Of a stretch of DNA of 64,000 nt, positions 16,366 to 26,568 are shown piece after piece (the first letter of the stretch is position 1; the number at the start of each line of letters is the position of its first letter). The notes beneath the pieces are model-generated. The model searched no databases, was not told the origin of the DNA, and was given only the letters and a program-made list of their open reading frames with translations. A program made the translations under genes and the position numbers. The DNA is taken from positions 133,627 through 197,626 of the forward strand of contig JAVHQC010000016.1 in assembly GCA_036170915.1 (NCBI GenBank). The letters run 5' to 3'. Origin of the DNA: Cyanobacteria bacterium auto_48_18 (lineage in GTDB: Bacteria > Cyanobacteriota > Vampirovibrionia > Obscuribacterales > Obscuribacteraceae).

Positions 16366-17979
16366 CTATTGCCTCTGGGAAGACTTCAGGGCAAATAAGA
16401 TTAAACAAACTAAAACTGCCATAGTTGAAATTTGATCAACTGCCGAGGGCAAATATTTTGTGAATAAGTCCGGTGCGCTTAGCTGTGGTAAGAAGATGTA
16501 TATCTTGCATATCAAAGCGACTGCTGCAGATGCCATCAGCAGTGGTGCCATAGCATTAGCCGAGCCACCAGTACTACCAATATTACCAGACCCTGCACGT
16601 CGGCCCGCCAGAGGCAAAACGTCATCGTCGTCGACATCTAGGGCGCTGGCCCGGCGGTCAGTGCGGGGCATTCTACGCTCGCGCGATTTGCTGCGGCGAT
16701 CTTTTGGACCTACGAGCAAATCTTCATCGTCATCATCATTATTAGTGTCGTTCGAAGCTAACAATTTTGATCCGCGCATGCCTTTCTTGCTTTCCTCTCC
16801 GCCTCGCGAAAGTGCCGCAGGGCCAGGGTTAGCCATAGGAGTTGGCGCATTTAAACTTGCATTAGTGACTGATAGTGGTGCTGGTGTCACAGGTGTCGGA
16901 TTTGGGTGCGCGCTTTGAGCCGCCATACTATATTGCGAGTTGGATGGGCTGGGGGCTGGCCGCGGCTCATAGCTGGGTGCTGATGTGGGAGCCGCGGGCG
17001 GGCCTTGAGGATTGGCAGGTTGCGCTGGCTGTTGTCCATAACCGTAATTTGCCGACCGTGGCAGCGATTGCTCGTTTTGAGGCGGTGACTGTTGCATCTG
17101 CTGCACTTGTTGCATTTGACTGAGCGGTGATTGCATATGCATAGGAGCCGGCGGTTTGGGTGGCTCAACTGGTGCAGCTGGTTGGGTAGAGGCGGCTGGG
17201 GCGGCTTTTTGCCTTGGTGCTCTAACTGCCAGCAGCGGCGAGCGCAATGCTGTAGGGTCGTCTACATCTTCTGCTTCTTCGTCAAATAAATCGTCTTCAT
17301 AGCCGTCTTCTACGTCACCTAAAATTGGCGAACGCAGGCGGTGGTGGGCTTTGATCTGGCCAGCCGCTTTGCCCTGAATGCCCGGGTCTTCGGCGAGGCC
17401 TGCTTCTGGATCAAAATCATCGCCACCTAATAGAGGTGAACGTAAACCCTTACTCTGGTGGCGGCCCGGCTCGAGCTTGGCCGCGGGTCTGGGCTCGTCT
17501 TCATCAAACTCGTGACTACGGTGGGGGAATGTAGATTTGTGGTCTTTGTTCTTGGCACCATCACCGCTGCCTCCGCCAAACATTGGCGACCGTAATCCGC
17601 CGCCCCCTCTAGACTTGGCGTTGTTGATTTTTGGTTCCGGCACGTCGTCGTCATCGTCGTCGGAGCGCAGCAAAGGTGATCGCAAACCCTTACTCTTACT
17701 TTTATTTAATACTGGTTGCTCGGCTGGTTCGTCACTGTCGTCGTCGTCACCGCCCCCACCAAAAAGTGGTGAACGCAGTTTTGGTCGTGCAGCTGGTGCT
17801 GATGATGAGGCTGCCGAAGGAGCCGCTGGCGCGCTGGCTTGTGGTGCTGGTGCCGGTGCTGGTGCTGGTATAGAAGGCTTGGGAGCTTGCAGTCTGCCGC
17901 CGCATTCGCGACAAAACTGAGCCGACTCCTCGTTTTCTACCTGACATATCTGGCACTGAATCACTGACACTTTCCTCAC
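16366..17979 (-). CDS. Zn-ribbon, low-complexity, C-terminally membrane-anchored protein with six LRSP repeats
   Basis: CQIC..FCRECG ribbon, six xLRSP[LMI][LF] motifs, P/Q-rich region and two C-terminal TM helices. Confidence 0.75.
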   Translation of the reverse strand: MRKVSVIQCQICQVENEESAQFCRECGGRLQAPKPSIPAPAPAPAPQASAPAAPSAASSSAPAARPKLRSPLFGGGGDDDDSDEPAEQPVLNKSKSKGLRSPLLRSDDDDDDVPEPKINNAKSRGGGGLRSPMFGGGSGDGAKNKDHKSTFPHRSHEFDEDEPRPAAKLEPGRHQSKGLRSPLLGGDDFDPEAGLAEDPGIQGKAAGQIKAHHRLRSPILGDVEDGYEDDLFDEEAEDVDDPTALRSPLLAVRAPRQKAAPAASTQPAAPVEPPKPPAPMHMQSPLSQMQQVQQMQQSPPQNEQSLPRSANYGYGQQPAQPANPQGPPAAPTSAPSYEPRPAPSPSNSQYSMAAQSAHPNPTPVTPAPLSVTNASLNAPTPMANPGPAALSRGGEESKKGMRGSKLLASNDTNNDDDDEDLLVGPKDRRSKSRERRMPRTDRRASALDVDDDDVLPLAGRRAGSGNIGSTGGSANAMAPLLMASAAVALICKIYIFLPQLSAPDLFTKYLPSAVDQISTMAVLVCLILFALKSSQRQ

Positions 17980-18230
17980 GCGAAGATCTTAAATGCCACT
18001 TTATACTGAGCGGCGTGGAAAACCCAGTTTAAAGCATCTATATATAGAAAGTTAAGCAGTTTTTTTACGTGCACAATTCTGCCTTTAACGGTTGTCAGGG
18101 CTCTTTCGCCAGTTTACCTGTTGATTTCTTGGAAGTCACTAATTATTTGCAGCCGCGCAAGTGTTAGACTGCAACCACAGTTCCGCTTGACTGCTGTATA
18201 GTCAAGCGAGTTAAGAACTTAACGATTCTC

Positions 18231-19358
18231 GTGAACCGGAGAGAAAATTACATGCGCAGTTCCAAGGCTCTATGTTTAGCAGCAAGTTTGATGCTGGCAA
18301 TGACGCCTGCCACAGTTTGTATGGCAGCCGATCCGCACCTCAACTTTAAGATATACAGCCCGCAAGATCCGCCTGCAGAGACTCCAGCTGGTGATGCCGA
18401 GGCACCTGGCGTAGACGTCACCCCTGTAGTAGAGACGAGCCCTAGTGACACCACCCCTAGTGAAACTGCTGCTAAAGACCCGGCGCCGCAAGCATCTATA
18501 TTTGAAGACGAGTCTGCTTCTAAAGCCGATAAGGGTGATGCACCATCTTTGACCACACCGCTGCCAGAAACCACAGAGGCACCACTGGCGGTGGAGAAAC
18601 CAATTAGTGAAACACCAGTTGCAGACACTAAGGTTGCTGAACCAGCCGCTGAAACTCCGCTAGCCGGTGAAACCCCTGCTGCCGATATCAGTTCTGCTGT
18701 ATCAACCACTGAAGTGCGTACCGAAACTAAAGAAAAAGAATCAAAACTTTTGCAAGGTTTTGTGCGTGTGGTGCCCATGGGTACAAAAATTCCAATCGTC
18801 ATGGATACTGCAGTTGATTCTGATACCAGTCAGGAAGGCGATGAATTTTCAGCCCGTACTTCTGAAGATCTGGCCATTGATGGCAACACAGTTGTGCCAG
18901 CCGGCTCGATCATTAAGGGAAGAATCGCTACGCTGAATTCTCCTCGGGCGCTTAATCGCTCTGGATCCGTTGCTCTTAAATTTGACAATATCACCACTCC
19001 TGATAATCGCCAGATTCCTCTGGTGGCAACCCTTGTTGCACGAGGCGGGGTTGTGCACGCTAGACGTGGTCTGAAAGATTACTCCATCGATGCCGGTACA
19101 GTGGCACTGCCGCTTCTACTTGGTTTGGCCATTGGTGCAGTTGCTGGTAACAGCAACAACAACAACAATTCGACCTCAACTTCTACCACCGATGACAATG
19201 GAATGAGTAAAGCCGGCGCCGCCATGATTGGCGCAGGTATCGGTCTGGCTGTGGGCGTTGCTGTTCTGCTGGCTAAAAAAGGTAAGAAAATTGAAGTGCG
19301 TCCGGGCGATGAATTGAAAATCGAACTGGCTGAAGAACTCCGCATGCCTACAATGTAA
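18231..19358 (+). CDS. Exported protein with TrbI/VirB10-like beta domain
   Basis: Signal peptide, acidic P/T-rich linker, VPMGTKIPIV..GDEFSA..VVPAGSIIKGRI, Gly-zipper helices and IEVRPGDELKIEL. Start may be the ATG at 18252. Confidence 0.65.
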   Translation: MNRRENYMRSSKALCLAASLMLAMTPATVCMAADPHLNFKIYSPQDPPAETPAGDAEAPGVDVTPVVETSPSDTTPSETAAKDPAPQASIFEDESASKADKGDAPSLTTPLPETTEAPLAVEKPISETPVADTKVAEPAAETPLAGETPAADISSAVSTTEVRTETKEKESKLLQGFVRVVPMGTKIPIVMDTAVDSDTSQEGDEFSARTSEDLAIDGNTVVPAGSIIKGRIATLNSPRALNRSGSVALKFDNITTPDNRQIPLVATLVARGGVVHARRGLKDYSIDAGTVALPLLLGLAIGAVAGNSNNNNNSTSTSTTDDNGMSKAGAAMIGAGIGLAVGVAVLLAKKGKKIEVRPGDELKIELAEELRMPTM

Positions 19359-19401
19359 TATCAAGTTTCTACAAGCCGCAAGGCTCCCTCATGACAGAGC
19401 T

Positions 19402-19429
19402 AAACAGGTTTCGCAAGGAACCTGTTTTT
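19402..19429 (+). terminator. Intrinsic terminator
   Basis: AAACAGGTTTC-GCAA-GGAACCTGTTTTT, with a GNRA loop. Confidence 0.75.
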
Positions 19430-19593
19430 GTCTTTTGCCGAGAAAAATACAGGATAAACCCGCAACTTGATTCAGCCATATCAGCTGAGACAAATTTTGC
19501 TGCGGAAGATAGAGTATTTGAAGATGGTCCGAAACCAAAGTCGATTTAAAAATTTGGTTCGTTATTGGTATTTCCAACAGCGCAGGATTCATC

Positions 19594-21105
19594 ATGCCTA
19601 CAGCACAATTTTTACCGAGAGATTCAAGCCCTAGAGACGCCAAACTGGCCTGCGGTATGTCCATGTTTTTGCCGGGGCTCGGGCAGCTCTATAATCAAGA
19701 GCCCCGTAAAGCTACTTTGTTTTTTGCTGCTGGTGCGGTGAACTATCTGTTTATTTTCGCACTGCTGCTGATGACGCCATTGATGCATCTGCTCAAAGGC
19801 TTTGGCGAATCAAATCAGGTGAGGCTGAACTCAAGCCTGGTGAGTTCTCTGAGCAATCTTCATGCGGGTTCAGGAGCGTTTTTCATTTTACTGTCGCTCT
19901 TTTTTGCCTTCGCTTTATTTGCCGCGCGCGATGCTTATGATAAGGCCCAACTTTTTCAGCGCAAAGCTCTTTATCGAGATCATGTTCTTGAGATGCCTGA
20001 GGCTGCAAGCGGCTCCTATTTGTTTCACATCAGCATTCTGCTTTCTTGTTTGATTCTGGCTTTCTTCTTTTTGATTCCTCCAGCACCGCGCGAACAAATG
20101 ACTGTTTTTGAATTTAAACAGAGCGTGGAAAATGCGAAAGTAAATAAAGAAGCGACAAAATTTTCCAATCATGCGGCCAGGGCTGGTGGCGTACGCGATT
20201 TACGCAGGCCCACGGCTGTTGCGCAGAAGGCCGCCACTGCACCCGCTGCGGCACCAAAACCAATTTTGCAGGCTATTGCGCCACCGCAAGCACCGACGCC
20301 TGAGGCAAAGCCAGCAGCGAGGCCACCAGCTGTACACCCGCTTTTGCCCACTCCTTCTAATTCAAGCCTTTCACCGGCAAATAGACCTGTGGCACTAGCA
20401 CCACAGATGATGCCCTCGGCCCCTGTCTCTAATCATCAAGCGAACCTGTCTCTTCCTGTGGTCACCACATCTGGTGCGTCCAGTTTTAGGTTGCCTCAAA
20501 TTGTTTCCGATAGTTCGACGGGTCCCGTTAAGATCGCCTCTGCTTTGCCCAGTGGCGCCGGTTCCGCTCCAAATTCAGATACGCTTTCGCCTGTGCCGGT
20601 GGGCGCGCGCACTGGCTTGCCGTCTCATTCGTCAAGTTCTTTTGCTCCGGCTCCAGCCCCGGCTCCAGTAAGGGCCAGCAATTCTAGTGGTTCTGCCCCT
20701 CGTGGTCCTGGCGTGGTTGGGCCTGTTTTGCACCAGGGTGGGCGTGAAGAAACAGCGAATTCAGACGGCGGCAAAGAAAAAGAGGGGATAGCCGTAGTGC
20801 CCGTAGATTTTGGCGCCTATATGACACAGCTGCAAGCCCGTATCAAACGCTCCTGGTTTCCGCCTAAAATTGGCCGCTCCAAACGAGTCAAAGTAATCTT
20901 CAATATTAGTCGAGATGGCCAACTGAGCCGTTTGCGGCTGGTAAATTCCTCGGGCCTGACAGCGTCAGATCAAGCGGCTTTGAAAGCTGTTGAAGCGGCC
21001 GCTCCCTTTATGCCTTTGCCCAAAGGAGCGCCTGCTGACGTCGATATTGAGTTTACTTTCGACTACAACGTTTTCAACGGTTTGGGCGCCGAACGCCTTA
21101 ATTAG
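19594..21105 (+). CDS. tonB: TonB-family energy transducer with multi-TM N-terminal extension (paralog 1)
   Basis: LPGLGQLYN membrane domain, TM with His (FHISIL), Pro/Ser-rich linker, and C-terminal [40 protein letters not shown]. Confidence 0.85.
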   Translation: MPTAQFLPRDSSPRDAKLACGMSMFLPGLGQLYNQEPRKATLFFAAGAVNYLFIFALLLMTPLMHLLKGFGESNQVRLNSSLVSSLSNLHAGSGAFFILLSLFFAFALFAARDAYDKAQLFQRKALYRDHVLEMPEAASGSYLFHISILLSCLILAFFFLIPPAPREQMTVFEFKQSVENAKVNKEATKFSNHAARAGGVRDLRRPTAVAQKAATAPAAAPKPILQAIAPPQAPTPEAKPAARPPAVHPLLPTPSNSSLSPANRPVALAPQMMPSAPVSNHQANLSLPVVTTSGASSFRLPQIVSDSSTGPVKIASALPSGAGSAPNSDTLSPVPVGARTGLPSHSSSSFAPAPAPAPVRASNSSGSAPRGPGVVGPVLHQGGREETANSDGGKEKEGIAVVPVDFGAYMTQLQARIKRSWFPPKIGRSKRVKVIFNISRDGQLSRLRLVNSSGLTASDQAALKAVEAAAPFMPLPKGAPADVDIEFTFDYNVFNGLGAERLN

Positions 21106-21537
21106 GCTAAGCATTGCCATGGGCACCACTAGTGGTAGCATCGTATATACTGCGCTTTGCAACCGAGGCGATTGCCCTGACTGCGTGAAGAAATACAACT
21201 GGGGATAACCCTGATTTCCGACTAGCCCAATCACGCGCTCAGCATCAGCCAAAAACTGTTAGCTTCGCTTTGCTTTTACCGATATAGTGATGATTACAGT
21301 AAGCAAGCGCAAAGTATTTCAGTTGCCAGCAGGAATTTTAGTTGCCAAATCTCGTTGTCAATCGCATCGCAAAGCCGCAAGCCTGACCGGGCTTCAGTTT
21401 GAACTATGCTAAAATCAGTGAAATTCGATTTTTACTTAGATTCTCGATGCAATCAATTGAAACTCTGCTCCAGACCTATAAATGATGTGCTGCGCACTTA
21501 CTTCCATAGCGTTCCAGTAGAAGCGTAGGACACAGTT

Positions 21538-23148
21538 ATGACCGCAGCATCACCAAGACAGCAAGGCGTGCAAAAAGACCCCAACACCGCGGGGTTGATG
21601 TCGCTTGTCCTCCCCGGCCTCGGCCAACTTTATAATGGAGAGCAGCGCAAAGGCCTGTTCTTTATGTCGGTCGGAGTGATCAACTATTTGTGTTTGATCG
21701 GCATTATCTTTGCCGGCTCAATCATGCAGGGCCTGCTTTCTTTCGGCACCGGCAATCAGATGAAATTGAACAGCGCATTGGCCGATTCAATCAGTCAATT
21801 GCAGCTCGGTTCAGGCGCCTCTTTCATGCTCATCGGCCTCTTCCTTTCTTTCGCTGTTTTTGCCGCTCGTGATGCTTTTGACAAGGCCTCCCACCTGCAT
21901 CGCAAATCGCTTTATCATGATTACTTCCTGGAAATGCCTGAGGCCACCAGTGGCTCATATATTTTCCACATAAGTATTTTTCTCACTTGCTTCCTGCTGG
22001 CTTTCTTCTTCTTGATTCCGCCACCACCTAAATCGCAAGTAACCGATATCGAGTTTATTCAAAACGAAGAGAACACCAAGACTCCTCCAAAAACCGAGAA
22101 ACGCGCTGCGCACAACTCTAAAGCCGGCGGCAAGCACGACCCTAACAAACCATCGGTACAGCCTTCACCTGCTCCTAAAGCGGCAAGCAAGCCATCTGAG
22201 CAGCAAAAGCCTGCTGAAAGCAAGCCTACTCCGACCAAGGCCACACCAACGCCGACACCGAGCCCAACGCCTTCTCCGCGTCCGACTCCGCGTCCGTCGC
22301 CGACGCCAAGTCCGACTCCGTCACCAAGCCCTTCTCCATCGCCGAGTCCGTCGCCTAGCCCTTCTCCGACGCCCACTCCAGCACCAAAAATCCCCAATTT
22401 AACGCCATTCTTCAAGCCGTCAGCAGCTCCGTCACCGAGCCCATCACCAAGCCCTGTGGCCATGCCTAAAATGGGAAGCCCATCGTTGGCGCCTATGCCA
22501 AGAGCCGGTGTAGGAGCAGGTTCTGCTCAAGCGCCCGGTCCTGCTCCAGCTCCAGTAAACATTGCTTCAAGCTCAGGCGCTGCCGGTGGCGGCGGGCCGC
22601 CCACACCAGTTCCTGTTGGTGGTGGCTCTCCTAATCGCGGTGGCGGTACCGGACCTGGACCTTCTCCAGCTCCAACCCGTGCTGGTCGCGGAACCGGTGG
22701 CGGAGCCGCTGGTGGTGGCTCACCTGGTATATCTGTTGCACCTTCAGTGGCTCGTCCGGCTGGTGGTGGCAATGGCAGCGGTGAAGCCGGCAATCCAGAT
22801 AACGGCCCCGGTCGCCCATCAGTGGCTGCTAAAGCCGACGTAGACTTCGGCCCTTACATGGCCGACCTGCAAAGAAGAATCAAACGTGCCTGGTTCCCAC
22901 CTAAAGGGAACGAGTCGAAGCGGGTCAAAGTTGTTTTCAAGGTGCACCGCGACGGACAGATGACTAACCTGCGAATGGTCACTTCATCTGGCTTAACAAT
23001 AGCCGACCAGGCCGCTTTGAAAGCAGTTGAGAATGCTGCTCCCTTCAGACCGCTTCCTGCCGGAGCGCCTGACGACGTAGATATCGAGTTCACCTTTGAC
23101 TACAACGTATTCAACGGTGGTGGTCATGGGACCTTCCGGAATTTCTGA
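21538..23148 (+). CDS. tonB: TonB-family energy transducer with multi-TM N-terminal extension (paralog 2)
   Basis: Same architecture as the upstream gene, with long PT/PS repeats and the same TonB-C terminus. Directly upstream of exbB/exbD. Confidence 0.9.
   Translation: MTAASPRQQGVQKDPNTAGLMSLVLPGLGQLYNGEQRKGLFFMSVGVINYLCLIGIIFAGSIMQGLLSFGTGNQMKLNSALADSISQLQLGSGASFMLIGLFLSFAVFAARDAFDKASHLHRKSLYHDYFLEMPEATSGSYIFHISIFLTCFLLAFFFLIPPPPKSQVTDIEFIQNEENTKTPPKTEKRAAHNSKAGGKHDPNKPSVQPSPAPKAASKPSEQQKPAESKPTPTKATPTPTPSPTPSPRPTPRPSPTPSPTPSPSPSPSPSPSPSPSPTPTPAPKIPNLTPFFKPSAAPSPSPSPSPVAMPKMGSPSLAPMPRAGVGAGSAQAPGPAPAPVNIASSSGAAGGGGPPTPVPVGGGSPNRGGGTGPGPSPAPTRAGRGTGGGAAGGGSPGISVAPSVARPAGGGNGSGEAGNPDNGPGRPSVAAKADVDFGPYMADLQRRIKRAWFPPKGNESKRVKVVFKVHRDGQMTNLRMVTSSGLTIADQAALKAVENAAPFRPLPAGAPDDVDIEFTFDYNVFNGGGHGTFRNF
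22224..22455 (+). repeat. Pro-Thr/Pro-Ser dipeptide coding repeats (periplasmic spacer)
   Basis: [32 protein letters not shown]... visible in the translation. Confidence 0.85.
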
Positions 23149-23227
23149 TAGACTCATCAGAGACTCACGGCTCAAATAGTAAGTTCTGTTGGAATGGCCA
23201 ACGATAAGGAGATGTTGATAAACGTTT

Positions 23228-23863
23228 ATGGAAAGTAAATTCCTCCAATACTTCCTCGAGTTCATGATCCATGACTGGTTCGCTTCTATTCCAATTACGA
23301 TCTGCTCGGTTTTGACAATTGCCGTAACTGTCGAACGCTATATGTACTATCAGCAGAATCGTCGTGATGTCACTCAATTCATTCACACACTGCAGCGTTA
23401 TTTAGAAACAAACGATTTGCAAAAAGCACAGAAAGCCTGCAGCCAACTGGGCGGCGTCATCGGCGAAGTAGCTGAAGAAGGCGTGCGTTTGATGGCAGAT
23501 CAAAAAGAAGACTTCTCCAAAGCTTTCGATATTACGGTTGGTCTGGTATCACGTAAGCTTGAAAAACACTTAGCAGTACTGGGCACCATCGGTGCTACCT
23601 GCCCGTTCATCGGCTTATTCGGAACAGTGGTTGGGGTTGTATTTACCCTTGACCAACTAGGTGCTTCAGGTGGTGGTACTCCAGTGGTAGTTACTGGTGT
23701 GGCTAAAGCTCTGATTGCAACTGGTTATGGTTTGATCGTTTCGATTATGGCTGTAATTTTCAACAACACTTACACCAACACCGTTAAGGGTTTCACCGAC
23801 GACTTCTTGTTGCTCAAATTGCTCTTCTTGAGCTTTGTCGGAACCGAATCAGCAACACACTAA
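23228..23863 (+). CDS. exbB: MotA/TolQ/ExbB proton channel protein
   Basis: LGTIGATCPFIGLFGTVVG and VAKALIATGYGL motifs. Confidence 0.92.
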   Translation: MESKFLQYFLEFMIHDWFASIPITICSVLTIAVTVERYMYYQQNRRDVTQFIHTLQRYLETNDLQKAQKACSQLGGVIGEVAEEGVRLMADQKEDFSKAFDITVGLVSRKLEKHLAVLGTIGATCPFIGLFGTVVGVVFTLDQLGASGGGTPVVVTGVAKALIATGYGLIVSIMAVIFNNTYTNTVKGFTDDFLLLKLLFLSFVGTESATH

Positions 23864-23895
23864 TCTGGGCTAGTTGGTAGCAGGGGGGCACACGC

Positions 23896-24324
23896 ATGTC
23901 TATGGGAGCGGTCGGTGATCAATTCACCGACATTAACGTAACCCCGCTTACCGACGTGTTTCTCGTCTTGTTAGTAATCATGATCTTGATTGCGCCTTTG
24001 ATCGACAAATCAGATTTGAAAATCAAACCGCCCGAGACTAGAAACGCTAAAAAAGACGAAGCCACCAAAGGTATCAGCATCGATATCGACAAAGACGGAC
24101 AGCTGGCCATTAACGGCAAGTATGTGCGCGATCACGATATAACGATTTTGACTAAAATGATCAAAGATCTCAAAGACAAGCAACCCACCAATACTGATTT
24201 GCACCTCACTCTCAATGCTGATGGCGACGCCAAGCAAAAAGATGTGGTGGAAATCATGAGTGCTGCAGCCGCTGCTGGTGTAACCAAAATGCGTGTAGCT
24301 ACCCAGCAACAAACAAATTACTAA
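23896..24324 (+). CDS. exbD: ExbD/TolR biopolymer transporter
   Basis: DINVTPLTDVFLVLLVI, LNADG and VVEIM..AGV motifs. Confidence 0.95.
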   Translation: MSMGAVGDQFTDINVTPLTDVFLVLLVIMILIAPLIDKSDLKIKPPETRNAKKDEATKGISIDIDKDGQLAINGKYVRDHDITILTKMIKDLKDKQPTNTDLHLTLNADGDAKQKDVVEIMSAAAAAGVTKMRVATQQQTNY

Positions 24325-24343
24325 AATTCAAAATGCCTGCTGA

Positions 24344-25264
24344 ATGGCTGACATGATCTTAGGTGTAATTGGCAGCAACGTCAGCCGCTCTTTTTCGCCG
24401 GCAATTCATCAGGCTTTTTTTGCTGCAGCCGGCATTAGCGGTGACTATCGCTTGCTTAACGTCGATGCTCAAGATCTTGCCGCAACTCTAAATCAGTTAA
24501 CGAGCACAGCCATACGTGCGCGTGGCATCAATGTCACCATTCCGCACAAGGTGGCCATTATCGAGCAGTTAGATCATGTGGACACACTGGCGCAATCTGC
24601 TGGTGCCGTCAACACTGTTGTTTTCGACTATGACGATGGCCAATGCCGCCGCTCCGGATTTAACACTGATATTGCCGGCCTGTTGAGCAGTCTACAAAAT
24701 AGCCTGGAAGAGACTTTCCCAATTTCAGATGGCTTTGGCTCAAGGCAGCACCAGCGGGCGGCTGTAATTGGCCTTGGTGGTGCCGCTCGTGCCGCAGTCA
24801 TTGCTCTGCTGCAAATGGGTATCACAGATATTGTATTGATTGGTCGATCACTAGAGCGCGGCCGCATTTTCCTGGACACCATGAAAGTGAGCGATTCTTT
24901 TAGTTTGTATTCTATTGAAAGTGATGGTGCAGAAAATCAAAAAGCCATGCTCGATTCACTGTCTGCATGTTCTATTTTTATCAATGCCACGTCGATTGGT
25001 CATCACGATAACGACTGTCCGAACTGGCTGCCAGAGTTGGTTTCGGTTTTGCCCAGCTCAGCATTTGTGCAAGACCTGGTTTATGCCAAGTCAAAAGCAC
25101 CTACAGTTGTCTGCAATCTAGCGCACGAGCGGCAGCTCAACTGCAGCGACGGCAAAGCCATGCTCGTTCATCAAGCACGGCATGCTTTTGAGCTCTGGAC
25201 CGGCTTCTTACCGCCCTATAGCGTTGGTATGGAAGCGCTCACAGAAGCCATAAAAGAAATTTAG
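24344..25264 (+). CDS. aroE: Shikimate dehydrogenase
   Basis: SFSPAIH, GINVTIPHK, GAVNT, GFNTD, IGLGGAARA, INATSIG and MLVHQA motifs. Confidence 0.93.
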   Translation: MADMILGVIGSNVSRSFSPAIHQAFFAAAGISGDYRLLNVDAQDLAATLNQLTSTAIRARGINVTIPHKVAIIEQLDHVDTLAQSAGAVNTVVFDYDDGQCRRSGFNTDIAGLLSSLQNSLEETFPISDGFGSRQHQRAAVIGLGGAARAAVIALLQMGITDIVLIGRSLERGRIFLDTMKVSDSFSLYSIESDGAENQKAMLDSLSACSIFINATSIGHHDNDCPNWLPELVSVLPSSAFVQDLVYAKSKAPTVVCNLAHERQLNCSDGKAMLVHQARHAFELWTGFLPPYSVGMEALTEAIKEI

Positions 25265-25605
25265 TTGTCGAAGAAAATCGGCACTAATTTCATAGCCAAC
25301 CCGAGTTCGCCTTCAATGGCGAGCACACCAGATAAAGCGGCTGTCATGGCTGACATTTTGCCATTGATAATTTGATGCAAGTCATCTGAGTCAATTGTAA
25401 TCTGGCAATCAGCTGGACTGTAGCCTGATGAGCCATGTTCGACAAACTCGCACGTACCGTCTGAAATTTTTGTCAGATAAGCCGCGGCCCCGTCGCCTTT
25501 GATGTTGATCAAATAAGTGGCGGTGAGATTTTTTGCCGCTTCTGGTCTGAAGCGTTTTCTCAAAACTGCAATTGTCTCTTCTGCTGACACTGTAGATGAC
25601 CTCAA
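25261..25605 (-). CDS. SCP2 sterol/lipid-binding domain protein
   Basis: ADCQITIDSDDL..G..SAMTAALSG.L.IEGELGLAMKL. Confidence 0.9.
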   Translation of the reverse strand: MRSSTVSAEETIAVLRKRFRPEAAKNLTATYLINIKGDGAAAYLTKISDGTCEFVEHGSSGYSPADCQITIDSDDLHQIINGKMSAMTAALSGVLAIEGELGLAMKLVPIFFDN

Positions 25606-25684
25606 AGTGGCTGTTGACTGAGTGGCTGATTATAACTCAATAGCTCTTTTCATGCTAAGTTTGAGGAGCCTTATTGAGGAACCG

Positions 25685-26443
25685 ATGTCAGATTTTAAAA
25701 ATTTCGGCTCTAAAAAAGACGATAGTAAGAATGAGGGCGGCAGCGAAAAGCCGCCCATTCAGCCATTTCGCAAGAGTAAAGGACGTAACTTTCAACAGAT
25801 CGATAAAGTGTTGCCTAAAGTGTTACGTCAGCTCGGCATCGACAATCGATTAAAAGAACACACATTTCTCCACCTCTGGCCCCATATAGTCGGTGAGCCC
25901 TTTGCCTCGCGCACCAGGCCGCTCTTCATCGACCATGAACGCAATGTGGTCATTGCTGTGAAAGACGCCGCTACCGGACAGGAAATTAGTTTTTCCAAAG
26001 CTGACTTGATCAAAAAATTAAGGGCAGCCGCACGGGGCGTGGGTATTGTAATAACGGGAATGCGCTTCGATATGAAGCGTTTTTCTGAGACATCCGAGAA
26101 TAATAATCCGTCACCTTTCGCCTATCAGGAGCCTCTGCCTGAGCCCTCCGAAGCCGATCTGGCTCAAGTAGACCTAACTGTCGAAGAAGTTTTGCAAATC
26201 GCTTCTATTGCCACCAGTGACCTGCATCAATCAGAAAATGATGACGATTTCGCACCACTGGCCCAGCGTATGCGTGCCCTTTACGAAAAAGAATTGCGCT
26301 TGAAGAAGTGGCGCTCAGCCCACGGCTTCCCTCACTGCAGTCGTTGCGGCGATGTGACCGGACGCCTACATGGCGAGAATCTCATCTGCGCTCATTGTTT
26401 CGCCACAAATATGTTGGAAATGCCCCGTGGTGGCTATACATAA
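25685..26443 (+). CDS. DUF721/DciA family protein with C-terminal Zn ribbon
   Basis: LWPHIVGEPFASRTRP and C-terminal CSRC..CAHC. The ATG at 25685 follows a GAGGA RBS; the track start is 25622. Confidence 0.8.
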   Translation: MSDFKNFGSKKDDSKNEGGSEKPPIQPFRKSKGRNFQQIDKVLPKVLRQLGIDNRLKEHTFLHLWPHIVGEPFASRTRPLFIDHERNVVIAVKDAATGQEISFSKADLIKKLRAAARGVGIVITGMRFDMKRFSETSENNNPSPFAYQEPLPEPSEADLAQVDLTVEEVLQIASIATSDLHQSENDDDFAPLAQRMRALYEKELRLKKWRSAHGFPHCSRCGDVTGRLHGENLICAHCFATNMLEMPRGGYT

Positions 26444-26568
26444 TTGCTCGCAAAATGAAGAATTCGACACCTTATGCCAGATTCAAGGCTTCCTCGTGAC
26501 TACTGTGTTATCATCAGCCTTCCTTGAACACATGCCACGCCATCATTCACGGCCGGACTTTTTAACGC

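Noticed and set aside
18231..19358. Type IV secretion or conjugation locus suggested by the VirB10-like domain
   Set aside because: No VirB4, VirD4, relaxase or other T4SS genes in the window.
22059..22843. Gly/Pro-rich antisense and alternative-frame ORFs within the second tonB
   Set aside because: Shadows of low-complexity Pro/Gly codons, with no independent coding evidence.
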